This document shows positions 29,351-38,287 of a stretch of 64,000 nucleotides of DNA, piece by piece. The notes beneath the pieces were generated by a model. It saw nothing but the letters and a program-made list of their open reading frames with translations. It searched no databases and was not told the origin of the DNA. The stretch is from Gemmatimonadota bacterium (lineage in GTDB: Bacteria > Latescibacterota > UBA2968 > UBA8231): assembly GCA_038153405.1 (NCBI GenBank), contig JAYOYH010000002.1, positions 123,904 through 187,903 on the forward strand. The letters are read 5' to 3'. The first letter of the stretch is position 1, and each line of letters opens with the position of its first letter. Both the position numbers and the translations under genes were made by a program.

Positions 29351-30388
29351 CTACTCTTCTTCCCATCCTGCTACCTGGGCAACTTTAGCGTCGGCATCGC
29401 GCTGCACGTGATCGAGCAGGAAATCCTTGGGATCGACATACCCTTTGACCCCACCGCGCTGGCGGTCGATGTAGCGCACGGAGTAGTGGAGGTGCGGTCC
29501 CGTAGAGCGCCCCGTGTTGCCCATCAGCCCAATTTGCTGGTTGCGCTGGACCCGCTCTCCGACTTTGACAAACCGCTTTTGCAAATGTCCGTATTCGGTG
29601 CGGAACTTTCCCTGGCGAATATAGGACTCGCCGCTTTCATTGACTTCTTGCACGCTGTGCTCAACCACCACGACATTGCCCAGGCGCCGATCCATGTAGG
29701 CGTGCGTTACAATGCCATCACCCGTTGCATAGATCGGCGTGCCCTCGCGACCGGCAAAATCGATGCCGAGGTGACGCGCTTTACGCCCCGTGAAGGGGTC
29801 GATGCGATCGCCAAACCCCGACGATATCCACGCGCGATTCTTGGCCACGGGCCAGATGGTCGGGAAGTGGCGCAGATCGCCTTCGCTCTCGAGAAATTTA
29901 CTCTCGATTTGCGCAAAGCTCTCCTCCTGAAAACGCGCCATTTGCTTGAGGCGCATAATGCGGGCGGAAATCTCGCGCATGGCATTCTTCTTGTCTTCTG
30001 GCAGCGCCGCAATGTCTTCTTCCGGCAAGTCCTCGGAACCGCCGACGCCGCCGAGGCGTATATCCGCGGAGAGCGGTTCCATCATGTGGTAGTCGCGCAG
30101 GCGGTCGTCATCAGCCACTAGCTGCGACATGACGCCTTCGAGATCGTCCACTTCGCGCTGGGCAATATCGACGCGGCGCAGCAGGTCGCGGTTTTCCGCG
30201 CGCAGGGCGGCCAGCGCCTCCTCTTGATCGGTCTTTTGAAAGTAACCGGTGGAGAAGTAGGCAAATAGCGCGGCAAAGCAGAGCGCAAAACAGGAGGCGG
30301 CGTAGAGCCACTGTCGGGCAAAGCGAAATTCGCGCACCTGCCCATCGTTGCCGGGGATGTAAATAAACGTGAGACGCTTTTGCGGCAT
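29351..30388 (-). CDS. M23 family metallopeptidase (murein DD-endopeptidase)
   Basis: TM anchor and coiled coil, HLGID (HxxxD), YGHL and GNTGRSTGPHLHY. Confidence 0.92.
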   Translation of the reverse strand: MPQKRLTFIYIPGNDGQVREFRFARQWLYAASCFALCFAALFAYFSTGYFQKTDQEEALAALRAENRDLLRRVDIAQREVDDLEGVMSQLVADDDRLRDYHMMEPLSADIRLGGVGGSEDLPEEDIAALPEDKKNAMREISARIMRLKQMARFQEESFAQIESKFLESEGDLRHFPTIWPVAKNRAWISSGFGDRIDPFTGRKARHLGIDFAGREGTPIYATGDGIVTHAYMDRRLGNVVVVEHSVQEVNESGESYIRQGKFRTEYGHLQKRFVKVGERVQRNQQIGLMGNTGRSTGPHLHYSVRYIDRQRGGVKGYVDPKDFLLDHVQRDADAKVAQVAGWEEE

Positions 30389-30500
30389 AATGCCCCTTTG
30401 CTCTGCGTTGGATCCAATGCAGAATGGCCGCGCGCGATGGCGCACAAACCGGCCCGATTTTTGTATATCTATCGACGTTGCATTAACTTAAGAGAAGGTC

Positions 30501-30529
30501 AATCTACGGCACCACCAGGCGAAAGTCAA
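30501..30529 (-). promoter_or_regulatory. Candidate sigma-70 promoter for the M23 gene
   Basis: Minus strand TTGACT-17 nt-TAGATT. Confidence 0.55.
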
Positions 30530-30543
30530 CCAACCTCGAGCGC

Positions 30544-31326
30544 GTGAAAACTATGTTCCTCGCCATAGATATCGGCAATACCAACGTCGACCTCGGCCTT
30601 TTTTCAGACGAGGTGTTGGTCGCTCACAGCAAAGTGCCAACCCATCTTTCGGCCAGCTCGAACGGTCACCCTGCGCAGCTGCAGCACTTTGTCGAAGAAC
30701 ACGCCTCGTTGGCCGCCGTCCAATGCGCTCTAGTCGCCTCTGTCGTCAGCGATCTCGGTCCTCTCTTTGTCGAGCACTGCCGGCAAAAGGGCCTAACAGC
30801 CCAGCAGATCGACAGTCGTTGGGACCTGGGTCTGCACATCGACTACGATCACCCCGAACGCGTTGGCATCGACCGCCTGCTGGCCGCAGCGGCGGCCTTT
30901 GCAGAGACTCCAGATCAAACGGCCGTCGTCGTGGCCGATGCGGGCACCGCCATTACCGTTGATGTCGTGTCCGCCGACGGCACCTTTCTCGGCGGCGCTA
31001 TCGCCCCCGGATTGCGCATGATGCTCGGTGCCCTGCGCGCAGGGACCAGCCTGCTACCGCACATCGAACTTACTGAAAATGCCGTGCTGCCGGGGAAAAA
31101 CACCCCGGACGGCATGCGCGCGGGGGTCCTCTATGGCGCAGCGGAAATAGTCGATGGCCTGTGCCAACGCCTGCGCGCGACGCAACCTTCTAACACCAGC
31201 AGCGTGCTGACGGGTGGCGATGCAAATCAGCTCTTTGCCCTCACTCGTCACATCGAGCGCTGCGAAAGCGACCTCGTGCTGCGCGGCCTGCATTTAGCCT
31301 TCGCGCGCAGCAAGTTGACGCTATGA
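30544..31326 (+). CDS. coaX: Type III pantothenate kinase
   Basis: AIDIGNTN, GIDR, DAGTAIT, GGAIAPG and LTGGDA. Confidence 0.92.
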   Translation: MKTMFLAIDIGNTNVDLGLFSDEVLVAHSKVPTHLSASSNGHPAQLQHFVEEHASLAAVQCALVASVVSDLGPLFVEHCRQKGLTAQQIDSRWDLGLHIDYDHPERVGIDRLLAAAAAFAETPDQTAVVVADAGTAITVDVVSADGTFLGGAIAPGLRMMLGALRAGTSLLPHIELTENAVLPGKNTPDGMRAGVLYGAAEIVDGLCQRLRATQPSNTSSVLTGGDANQLFALTRHIERCESDLVLRGLHLAFARSKLTL

Positions 31327-31381
31327 TATATATTCAGTATTATCAGCCGTTTAACGGAGAGTAGACCGACTCATCGGTGCA

Positions 31382-33280
31382 ATGCAAAGGAGTCCCACAT
31401 TGAGCGCCTTCACCCGCTTTTCCACGATGTTGTTCGCCTGCATGGCCATCGCCTATCCCGCCCAGGCTGCACCCTCTATTGACCAACAGTATAAAGACAT
31501 CCTCTGGCCCATCGCCCAGCGCATCCACGAATACTACTTTGAAGAGATTTCCCCCGACACCTTAATGCAGGCAGCGGCGCGCGGCCTCTTTGCCGCCATG
31601 GACCCGGCTTCCGACTACGAAATCGATACGGACGCCATGGACGCATCGGCCCACCCACGCAAACTGTTGGCCAACCGTTTCACCACGCTAATGCAGGTGG
31701 CCAGAAGCCTCGACCAGCAGGCCTTCTACCAAACGCCGGCCGACACGCTGGTCCGCTTTGGCATCGCCGGCATGATGCAGATACTCGACCCGTACTCCGT
31801 CTTCCTCGAGAAGCGCAATCTCGACAATTTTAATATTCAGACGCAGGGAAAATACGGCGGTCTGGGCTTCCGCATTCAGGTCGTGCGTCCGGACAGCGCC
31901 ATCGCCGTGTGGAGCCTGCTGCACGAAAATACGCCGGCCGCACGCGCCGGCATCAAGTCGGGCGATCTCATCTTGGCCATAGACGGCGAGAGCACCAAAG
32001 AGATGTCGGCCGGCGACGCAGCCGATAAAATGCGCGGCGAGCCCAACACACCCGTCACCCTGACGCTGCGACGAGCCGGCGTAGAAGAGCCCTTTGACCT
32101 AGCGGTCGTGCGCGAAGAAGTCACAATGGGCAGCATCGCCGTCGATGCACTCTTTGCCGACTCGACGGGCTATGTAAAGCTCGATCGATTCCAGCGCAAC
32201 TGCAGCGTCGAACTGCGCGACGCACTGCTGTCGCTGCGCGAACGCGGCATGAAACGGATTATTTTTGACCTGCGCGGCAACGGCGGAGGCTATCTCGACG
32301 AAGCCGTCGAGATCGTCGATCTCTTTCTTCCAGAGGAACGTCTCATCGTCTTTACCGCTGGTCGCGCCTTCCAGGACACGACGAAGTACCTCACCTCGCA
32401 GCCTGCGCTCTTTGCCGACGAACCGCTCATCGTACTGGTCAATGGCCAATCGGCCTCGGCCTCCGAAATCGTCGCTGGCGCCATTCAGGATTGGGACCGT
32501 GGACTGGTGCTCGGTTCGACGACCGTCGGCAAGGGCTCGGTCCAGCAGGTCGTGCAAATCGACGATCACTCCGAGCTTAAACTGACGATGGCCGCTTGGC
32601 ACACGCCTTCGGGCCGCTCCATCGACAAGCGCATGCGCAAAGATTCGACGCTGGTCAACGATCCGGCCACGCCCTTTCACACCAAAATACTGGAGCGCGT
32701 TGTGCGCGGTGGCGGCGCCATCACTCCAGACGTGAGCGGAACCACGCGCAAGGGCAGCCGTCTCTGGTGGCAGCTCAACGGCTTTTCGAGCCTCAACAAC
32801 CAGTTTTTTTACTATGCGCGCCAATACCAGGTTACCCATCCTGAACTCACCCCCGAGTTTCGCGCCGACGACGAGACCTTTGCCGAGTTTCGCGCGTTTG
32901 CAGAGCAACGCGACTTCGAGTACGTCAGCGAAGCGGAGGCCCACGTCAACGAGTTGGAGGAAATGGCCCAGGGCGACGACTTCGAAGAGTTGGAGACGCC
33001 CATCGCCAAACTGATCGAAAAAATCGACCGCGTCGAGGAAAAACACTGGGAGGAAAACAGGGAGCTCATTCTCTGGCGGCTGACCTATGCCATCCTAGAA
33101 AAGGCCTACGGCGTGCGCCAAGCCGAGGACTACAACGCCACCGTAGATCCGCAGGTACTCGAAGCGCAACAGATTATAGCAACGCCCGTAGACTACGAGC
33201 ATTGGTTCCAAGTAGAAGAGATCGGCATCGGCAACGACGAACCCGTCGCTCAGGACGCCGAAGCACAGGACGTGCAATAG
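31382..33280 (+). CDS. S41 carboxyl-terminal protease (CtpA/Prc family)
   Basis: Signal peptide, PDZ domain (GGLG...PAARAGIKSGD), DLRGNGGG, SASASEIVAGA and GKGSVQ. Confidence 0.92.
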   Translation: MQRSPTLSAFTRFSTMLFACMAIAYPAQAAPSIDQQYKDILWPIAQRIHEYYFEEISPDTLMQAAARGLFAAMDPASDYEIDTDAMDASAHPRKLLANRFTTLMQVARSLDQQAFYQTPADTLVRFGIAGMMQILDPYSVFLEKRNLDNFNIQTQGKYGGLGFRIQVVRPDSAIAVWSLLHENTPAARAGIKSGDLILAIDGESTKEMSAGDAADKMRGEPNTPVTLTLRRAGVEEPFDLAVVREEVTMGSIAVDALFADSTGYVKLDRFQRNCSVELRDALLSLRERGMKRIIFDLRGNGGGYLDEAVEIVDLFLPEERLIVFTAGRAFQDTTKYLTSQPALFADEPLIVLVNGQSASASEIVAGAIQDWDRGLVLGSTTVGKGSVQQVVQIDDHSELKLTMAAWHTPSGRSIDKRMRKDSTLVNDPATPFHTKILERVVRGGGAITPDVSGTTRKGSRLWWQLNGFSSLNNQFFYYARQYQVTHPELTPEFRADDETFAEFRAFAEQRDFEYVSEAEAHVNELEEMAQGDDFEELETPIAKLIEKIDRVEEKHWEENRELILWRLTYAILEKAYGVRQAEDYNATVDPQVLEAQQIIATPVDYEHWFQVEEIGIGNDEPVAQDAEAQDVQ

Positions 33281-33286
33281 AACGCC

Positions 33287-34516
33287 GTGTCGCTCTTCCA
33301 GCGGCCCGCGCTGTGGCTGGGTATTGGCCTGGCACTACACCTCGTTTTCCTCGCCGCGCTCTTTGGCGACTGGCTGCGCCCGCTCTTTAACGACGCCTCG
33401 CATACGCGCCGCGGCTTTGACTTCGGCGTGTTTTACCTTGCCGGTCAGGCCCTTGTTCAACACCGCGACATCTACGCCGTAGAAGGCGGCTTTGGCTATC
33501 GCTACCTGCCAGTCTTTGCGCAGACCTTCGGCCGCCTCTACGCGCTCTTGGCCCCCCTGCCAGCTTACGTGCTGCACCTATGCATAGGCGAAGTGCTGCT
33601 AGCGGCCAATCTCTGGCTGACCTGGCGCCAGTGCAGCCAACCGCTGCTGCGCGCCCGCGCCGTCTGCATGTGGCTGGCCTTCTCTCCCTATTTTCTCGAA
33701 ATGTATATTGGCCAGGTTAGCTTCTGGGCCGCCTCTGCTCTGCACTGGCTGCTAGCGGCTCTGCGCGACAACAAACCCTATCGACAGGCCGCCATTTGGG
33801 CCACATCCATATTGATCAAGCCCAATATGCTCATTCTGCTGCCCGCCCTGCTGCGGCTGCGCTGCCTGCAGGCTGCCGGCCTCGCCCTCGCCGCCGCCGG
33901 CCTGGCCTCTCTACCCTATTTTCTTAGCCATCCCAATGCCTTGACCAGCTTTGTGCAGACCAATTTGCAGGCCGGGCACTTTAAAGGCGCCCTGACGCAC
34001 GCCGGCAACATCGGCCTATGGGGCAGTTTGGTGCGCATGGGGGCCCATTTCAGCAGCGCACCGCTAGGCGAATTGACCACGCTCGCCGATCTACCCCTGT
34101 GGGCAGCGCTGCCCGCCTATGCAGCGCCCGCGCTGGGCTCGCTGGCCGCGCTCTATGTATCGTGGCGCAGCCGATCGGAAGATCCGGTATTGCATTTGAG
34201 CCTCTGGATGATTACTTACTTTCTGGTATACAAGGACGTGTGGGAACACCACTATGTGTTCGTTCTCCCCATCATAATAGCGCTCTATACGCGCAGAGCA
34301 GACGCGCGCCTCATGTGCCTATACGCCGCACTTGCCCTGCCGACTCCCTTTGTTTTCTTCGACGTCCAGCCGGGTGTTTACGGGCCCATCGATCCAGAGC
34401 GCTCGTGGGATATGGCGACTTCGCTCATCTACCGCAGCGCCAAACTCGTCCCTACACTCCTGCTGTGGGGCTACGTCGCCCAACGCCTGCACAGCACTGA
34501 GTCAGAATGTAATTAA
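33287..34516 (+). CDS. GT-C membrane glycosyltransferase (family 87-like)
   Basis: DFGVFY.AG, Y.YLP, GQV, IKP and WEHHY; polytopic. Confidence 0.75.
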   Translation: MSLFQRPALWLGIGLALHLVFLAALFGDWLRPLFNDASHTRRGFDFGVFYLAGQALVQHRDIYAVEGGFGYRYLPVFAQTFGRLYALLAPLPAYVLHLCIGEVLLAANLWLTWRQCSQPLLRARAVCMWLAFSPYFLEMYIGQVSFWAASALHWLLAALRDNKPYRQAAIWATSILIKPNMLILLPALLRLRCLQAAGLALAAAGLASLPYFLSHPNALTSFVQTNLQAGHFKGALTHAGNIGLWGSLVRMGAHFSSAPLGELTTLADLPLWAALPAYAAPALGSLAALYVSWRSRSEDPVLHLSLWMITYFLVYKDVWEHHYVFVLPIIIALYTRRADARLMCLYAALALPTPFVFFDVQPGVYGPIDPERSWDMATSLIYRSAKLVPTLLLWGYVAQRLHSTESECN

Positions 34517-34681
34517 ACATTTGTTTTTAATTGTTTTAAATAAAGGTGAAAGCCGCGCCGATAGAAGACAAAATACAGGCACACACCTTGATATTACTGC
34601 CTATCTCGTTTATTATACTCTTCTTATACTCTCTTCCATTGCTGCGGGAACGCATTGAATACCGTCGCACGATAAGACTAC

Positions 34682-35611
34682 ATGGCAAATGCACTCCAGG
34701 GCCGTCGTCGCCTGCCCTCCTGGCTGAAGGCCAAGGCACCGGGGACACCCAACTACATCGACATCAAGAAGCTGGTAGCTGAAAAGCGCCTGCACACCGT
34801 TTGCGAGAGTGCCCACTGCCCCAATATCGGCGAGTGCTGGGGCCAGCGCACGGCCACGTTTATGATCCTCGGTGATATTTGCACGCGCAGCTGCGGTTTT
34901 TGCGCCATCAAAACCGGCAGACCGCAGTGGCTGGACGAGGGCGAACCCGAACGCGTCGCCGAGGCCGTGGCCTACCTCGATCTACGCCACGCCGTCATTA
35001 CCTCCGTCAATCGCGACGAATTGCCCGACGGCGGGGCGAGCGTTTTTGCTCGCACGCTCGAAGCACTGCATCGCCTCTGCCCGCAGACGACGGTCGAAGT
35101 GCTGATCCCCGACTTTCAGGGCAACTGGGACGCGTTGGAGACCGTTCTGCAGGCCGGTCCGGATATCCTCAACCACAATATCGAAACGGTGCCCCGGCTC
35201 TATTTTAAGATGCGGCCACAAGCCAAGTATGCACGCTCGCTAGAACTGCTCAATCGCGCGCGCACGGTCGGACCGGCCCCGACCAAATCGGGGATGATGC
35301 TGGGAGCCGGCGAGCGCGATGACGAGATCGCCCAAACCATTGACGATCTGGCCTCCGTCGGCTGCGCCATTTTGACCTTGGGCCAGTATCTGAGTCCCTC
35401 CGCTCAGCACGTACCTGTCGAGCGCTACGTCGAGCCCGACGAGTTCGACCGCTGGTACCACTACGCCATGCAGCGCGGATTCCGCCACGTAGAATCCGGA
35501 CCGCTCGTGCGTTCGTCCTATCACGCCGAAGCACAGGTCGATGAAGCGACGCGGCGCGCCGATGCACACGACCTACTGTCCGTAGCCCCCTTACCCATTG
35601 AGAAAGAGTAA
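34682..35611 (+). CDS. lipA: Lipoyl synthase
   Basis: CESAHCPNIGEC, CTRSCGFC, NHNIETV and RSSYHA. Confidence 0.97.
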   Translation: MANALQGRRRLPSWLKAKAPGTPNYIDIKKLVAEKRLHTVCESAHCPNIGECWGQRTATFMILGDICTRSCGFCAIKTGRPQWLDEGEPERVAEAVAYLDLRHAVITSVNRDELPDGGASVFARTLEALHRLCPQTTVEVLIPDFQGNWDALETVLQAGPDILNHNIETVPRLYFKMRPQAKYARSLELLNRARTVGPAPTKSGMMLGAGERDDEIAQTIDDLASVGCAILTLGQYLSPSAQHVPVERYVEPDEFDRWYHYAMQRGFRHVESGPLVRSSYHAEAQVDEATRRADAHDLLSVAPLPIEKE

Positions 35612-35619
35612 AGGCGCGA

Positions 35620-36624
35620 ATGAATCTGGAAAAAAAATCTCTATCCGGTTACCTGCAACGCAAAAAGCTCATCACGCGCGGCACGCCCATCCGCGTGCAG
35701 ACTCTGGGCGACGGCATGAAGAATCGCGTCTACTACGTTGCTGCTCCCAAGGAGGCATGGATCGTCAAGCAGGCCCACTCGCGCGTGCAGATCAAAGAGC
35801 GCTGGTGGGTCGATCGCAGGCGCATTTTCGCCGAAGACACCTGCATTGACATTCTGCGCCAATTTTTGCCGCCGGAAATTATTCCGCAGACCGTCTTAGT
35901 CGATCGCACGGACTTCGTATTGATAACTACACCACCGCCCGATAACGCCGTGCTGTGGGAGGACGATCTGGCCAGGGGGCGCATCGATCTGCAGATTGCT
36001 GTGCAGTGCGGCGAATTGCTGGCGACGGTGCACAACGAAACGGCCGAGCACCCCGAACTCAAGACGATGTTCAAAGACACCAAGGCCTTTGAGCAATTGC
36101 GCATCGAGCCGCATTACGAATACGTTACCAACGCCTTTCCCGACCTCAAGAAAGTCATCGACGCGCAGACCAAACGCCTCAAGAAAGAGACCCACTGCCT
36201 CGTATTGGGCGACCTGCGGCCGCGCAATGTATGGGTCAACTCCGGTCAGCTTTACCTAGTCGACTTCGCCACCGCGCACTTTGGTCACCCGGGCTTCGAC
36301 CTGGCGTTTTACGCGGCCGATATGTGCGTTAAGGCCATGCAAAATAGCCTGCAAAAAGCGGCCTACTTAGAGGCGATTAACGTATTTTGGAACGGCTATT
36401 TCAAGCTGGCTTCATACAAGGGGGTGAAAGAGATCGAAAAGCCCGCGGTGCGCGATTTGGGCTGCATGCTGCTGGCTGCCACCGACGGTCGACAGGCGAT
36501 CGAATTCGAAGACCCTCACGTCACCGGCCTCGCGCGCCGCATCGCCATGAGCCTGCTATTTACCGAGTTGGCGACGATCGAGGACATTACTGAGTTCATC
36601 AACCGAACGCTGATCGACGGGTAG
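35620..36624 (+). CDS. APH/methylthioribose-kinase-like phosphotransferase
   Basis: LGDG..N.V, IVKQA, FEQLRIEP, GDLRPRN, LVDF and G.PGFDL. Confidence 0.7.
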   Translation: MNLEKKSLSGYLQRKKLITRGTPIRVQTLGDGMKNRVYYVAAPKEAWIVKQAHSRVQIKERWWVDRRRIFAEDTCIDILRQFLPPEIIPQTVLVDRTDFVLITTPPPDNAVLWEDDLARGRIDLQIAVQCGELLATVHNETAEHPELKTMFKDTKAFEQLRIEPHYEYVTNAFPDLKKVIDAQTKRLKKETHCLVLGDLRPRNVWVNSGQLYLVDFATAHFGHPGFDLAFYAADMCVKAMQNSLQKAAYLEAINVFWNGYFKLASYKGVKEIEKPAVRDLGCMLLAATDGRQAIEFEDPHVTGLARRIAMSLLFTELATIEDITEFINRTLIDG

Positions 36625-36642
36625 TTCGAGCAAAGCGTTCAT

Positions 36643-36698
36643 CGTTAAAAGGGGAGCACCGATCCGCTGGTGATGCGGTCGGTGCTCCCCTTTTAACG
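36643..36698. terminator. Long perfect inverted repeat / bidirectional terminator
   Basis: 20-bp arms CGTTAAAAGGGGAGCACCGA and TCGGTGCTCCCCTTTTAACG between convergent genes. Confidence 0.8.
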
Positions 36699-36741
36699 AC
36701 ACCCCGCCAAAGCCATTACAAGCACGGGCATATATTCCGCG

Positions 36742-37497
36742 CTAACCGCTGGCGGCCGCAAACTGCGCGCGCAGGTCTTCGCTGCTGGACAGCACGTGCT
36801 CTACCATTGCCGTGCGCGCCGCTTGCGCATCGCCGGCGCGCAGCGCGTTGGCAATGCACTCGTGCTGCTGCAGCGACAGCCGCGCGCGATCGGGCGCACG
36901 GCCCTCCTCGGCCAGCGAGCGTTCGATCCACTCCTGCAAATAGCCGCGCGTGGCTTCGAGCAATCCGGCCAATAGGGCGTTTTGCGTCGCGCCGGCTACC
37001 GCCAAATGAAAGCGCATATCCGCCGCCAAAAACTGCGCGCTGTCTTCTAGGGCTGAGGCCATGTCTGCCAGAGCGCCCTCAATGCGGCCCATATCCTCTT
37101 CTCCCGCTCGCTGTGCAGCCCAAAAGGCCGTCTCCGACTCCAACATAAGGCGCGTTTCGATCAGGTCGCCGACCATCTTGCGGTTGAGCAACATTCCCCA
37201 CTGCAGCGCTTTTTGTATAAACTGCTGGTTATCGCTGACAAAAGTCCCCTCGCCCACGCGGCCATCGATCACCCCCATCGCGCCCAGCGAGCGCAGCGCC
37301 TCGCGCAGCGACGAGCGCCCCACGCCAAAGCGCTTGCACAATTCGCGTTCGGGCGGCAGGCGATCGCCCGGGCGCAGCACGTCGCGCTTGATCAGACCGA
37401 TGATCTGCGCAATGATCTCATCGCTCAGCGAAGTGCGGGCAATCGGGCGAACGCTATCGGCCACCGCGTCGGACGAATCGGCGCTATTCGCATTCAT
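36742..37497 (-). CDS. FadR/GntR family transcriptional regulator
   Basis: PGDRLPPERELC..FGVGRSSLREAL wHTH and an FCD domain (D.RFH..VA.A..N, H..I..A). Confidence 0.93.
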   Translation of the reverse strand: MNANSADSSDAVADSVRPIARTSLSDEIIAQIIGLIKRDVLRPGDRLPPERELCKRFGVGRSSLREALRSLGAMGVIDGRVGEGTFVSDNQQFIQKALQWGMLLNRKMVGDLIETRLMLESETAFWAAQRAGEEDMGRIEGALADMASALEDSAQFLAADMRFHLAVAGATQNALLAGLLEATRGYLQEWIERSLAEEGRAPDRARLSLQQHECIANALRAGDAQAARTAMVEHVLSSSEDLRAQFAAASG

Positions 37498-37566
37498 AAA
37501 AATCAAATAAACTATTGTTTATGTTATTTTTATATAAAATATTTTTCACTTGCCTTAGCATTCTAT

Positions 37567-37595
37567 TTGCAATTGGTCTGACCATCAGCTATCTT
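37567..37595 (+). promoter_or_regulatory. Candidate sigma-70 promoter of the corrinoid operon
   Basis: TTGCAA-17 nt-TATCTT with an AT-rich upstream tract. Confidence 0.6.
37574..37584. promoter_or_regulatory. FadR-subfamily operator palindrome
   Basis: TGGTCTGACCA matches the TGGTCNGACCA-type FadR/LldR/PdhR operators and lies between the FadR gene and the divergent operon. Confidence 0.75.
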
Positions 37596-37600
37596 GTGAA

Positions 37601-37630
37601 AGTATAGCGCAATTCGTCCTCTGTCGTCAA
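37601..37630 (-). promoter_or_regulatory. Candidate sigma-70 promoter of the FadR gene
   Basis: Minus strand TTGACG-18 nt-TATACT. Confidence 0.6.
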
Positions 37631-37640
37631 GGGAAATGCC

Positions 37641-38279
37641 ATGGCTCTAACCCGCGATATCGGCACTCGCATCGAGCTGGTGCCCATGGATTTGCACTGC
37701 AGCAATATAACGGTCGCCCTCTACCGCCAAGACGGCTTCGAGGCGCCGGCCTACCTCATCCACACGTATAGCCAGCATCCCGATGCCCGCCAGCGCATCG
37801 AAGCGCTGCGCCAAGCGATGCTGGCCTTAGGCCATATGGAAATGGTTGGCGATGAGCAGCTGCGCTTCCCCTGTGGACATGCCCACCAATTTGCCGTGCG
37901 CCGGCTCTTTTTGGATGCCTGCAAGCGCGATCCATCGCTCGACCTGCAGACGCAGCCCCTGCGCATATTTGACAAGAAGAGCGAGGGACACATCGCCGTA
38001 GATAGCCTTGGCCACGGTCAATACTGCGTGCGCGCCGAAGAGGACAGCGCCGGCGTCGAGCGCCGCACGGCGACCATTGCGCGCGGCTTGATTCGCCTCG
38101 GCGAAATGGAAGAGACCGCCGACGATGCCAACCGCCTGTACTTTGCCTGTGGCCATTCGCACGACGCACTCATTGCCCAACTGCTGGTGCGCGCGCCGAA
38201 CGTGCGCGCGGCGATGCGCGAAGTCGAGGAGATGGCCCTGCGCGGTCAGCTCGTGGCCCCCAGCGCCCAGACCAACTAG
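37641..38279 (+). CDS. Hypothetical protein with two internal FxCGHxH repeats
   Basis: First gene of the operon, with an AAGGGA RBS. The repeats are LG.ME...LRFPCGHAH and LG.ME...LYFACGHSH. Confidence 0.8.
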   Translation: MALTRDIGTRIELVPMDLHCSNITVALYRQDGFEAPAYLIHTYSQHPDARQRIEALRQAMLALGHMEMVGDEQLRFPCGHAHQFAVRRLFLDACKRDPSLDLQTQPLRIFDKKSEGHIAVDSLGHGQYCVRAEEDSAGVERRTATIARGLIRLGEMEETADDANRLYFACGHSHDALIAQLLVRAPNVRAAMREVEEMALRGQLVAPSAQTN

Positions 38280-38287
38280 GAGATAGC

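Noticed and set aside
28913..30121. 402-aa plus-strand ORF
   Set aside because: It is antisense to the well-supported M23 peptidase and FlgT-like genes and has no motifs; a shadow ORF typical of high-GC DNA.
32099..33046. 315-aa minus-strand ORF
   Set aside because: In-register antisense shadow of the S41 protease.
37500..37640. Cobalamin or SAM riboswitch ahead of the corrinoid operon
   Set aside because: The spacer is short and AT-rich with no B12-box or S-box motifs, and is explained by promoters and an operator.
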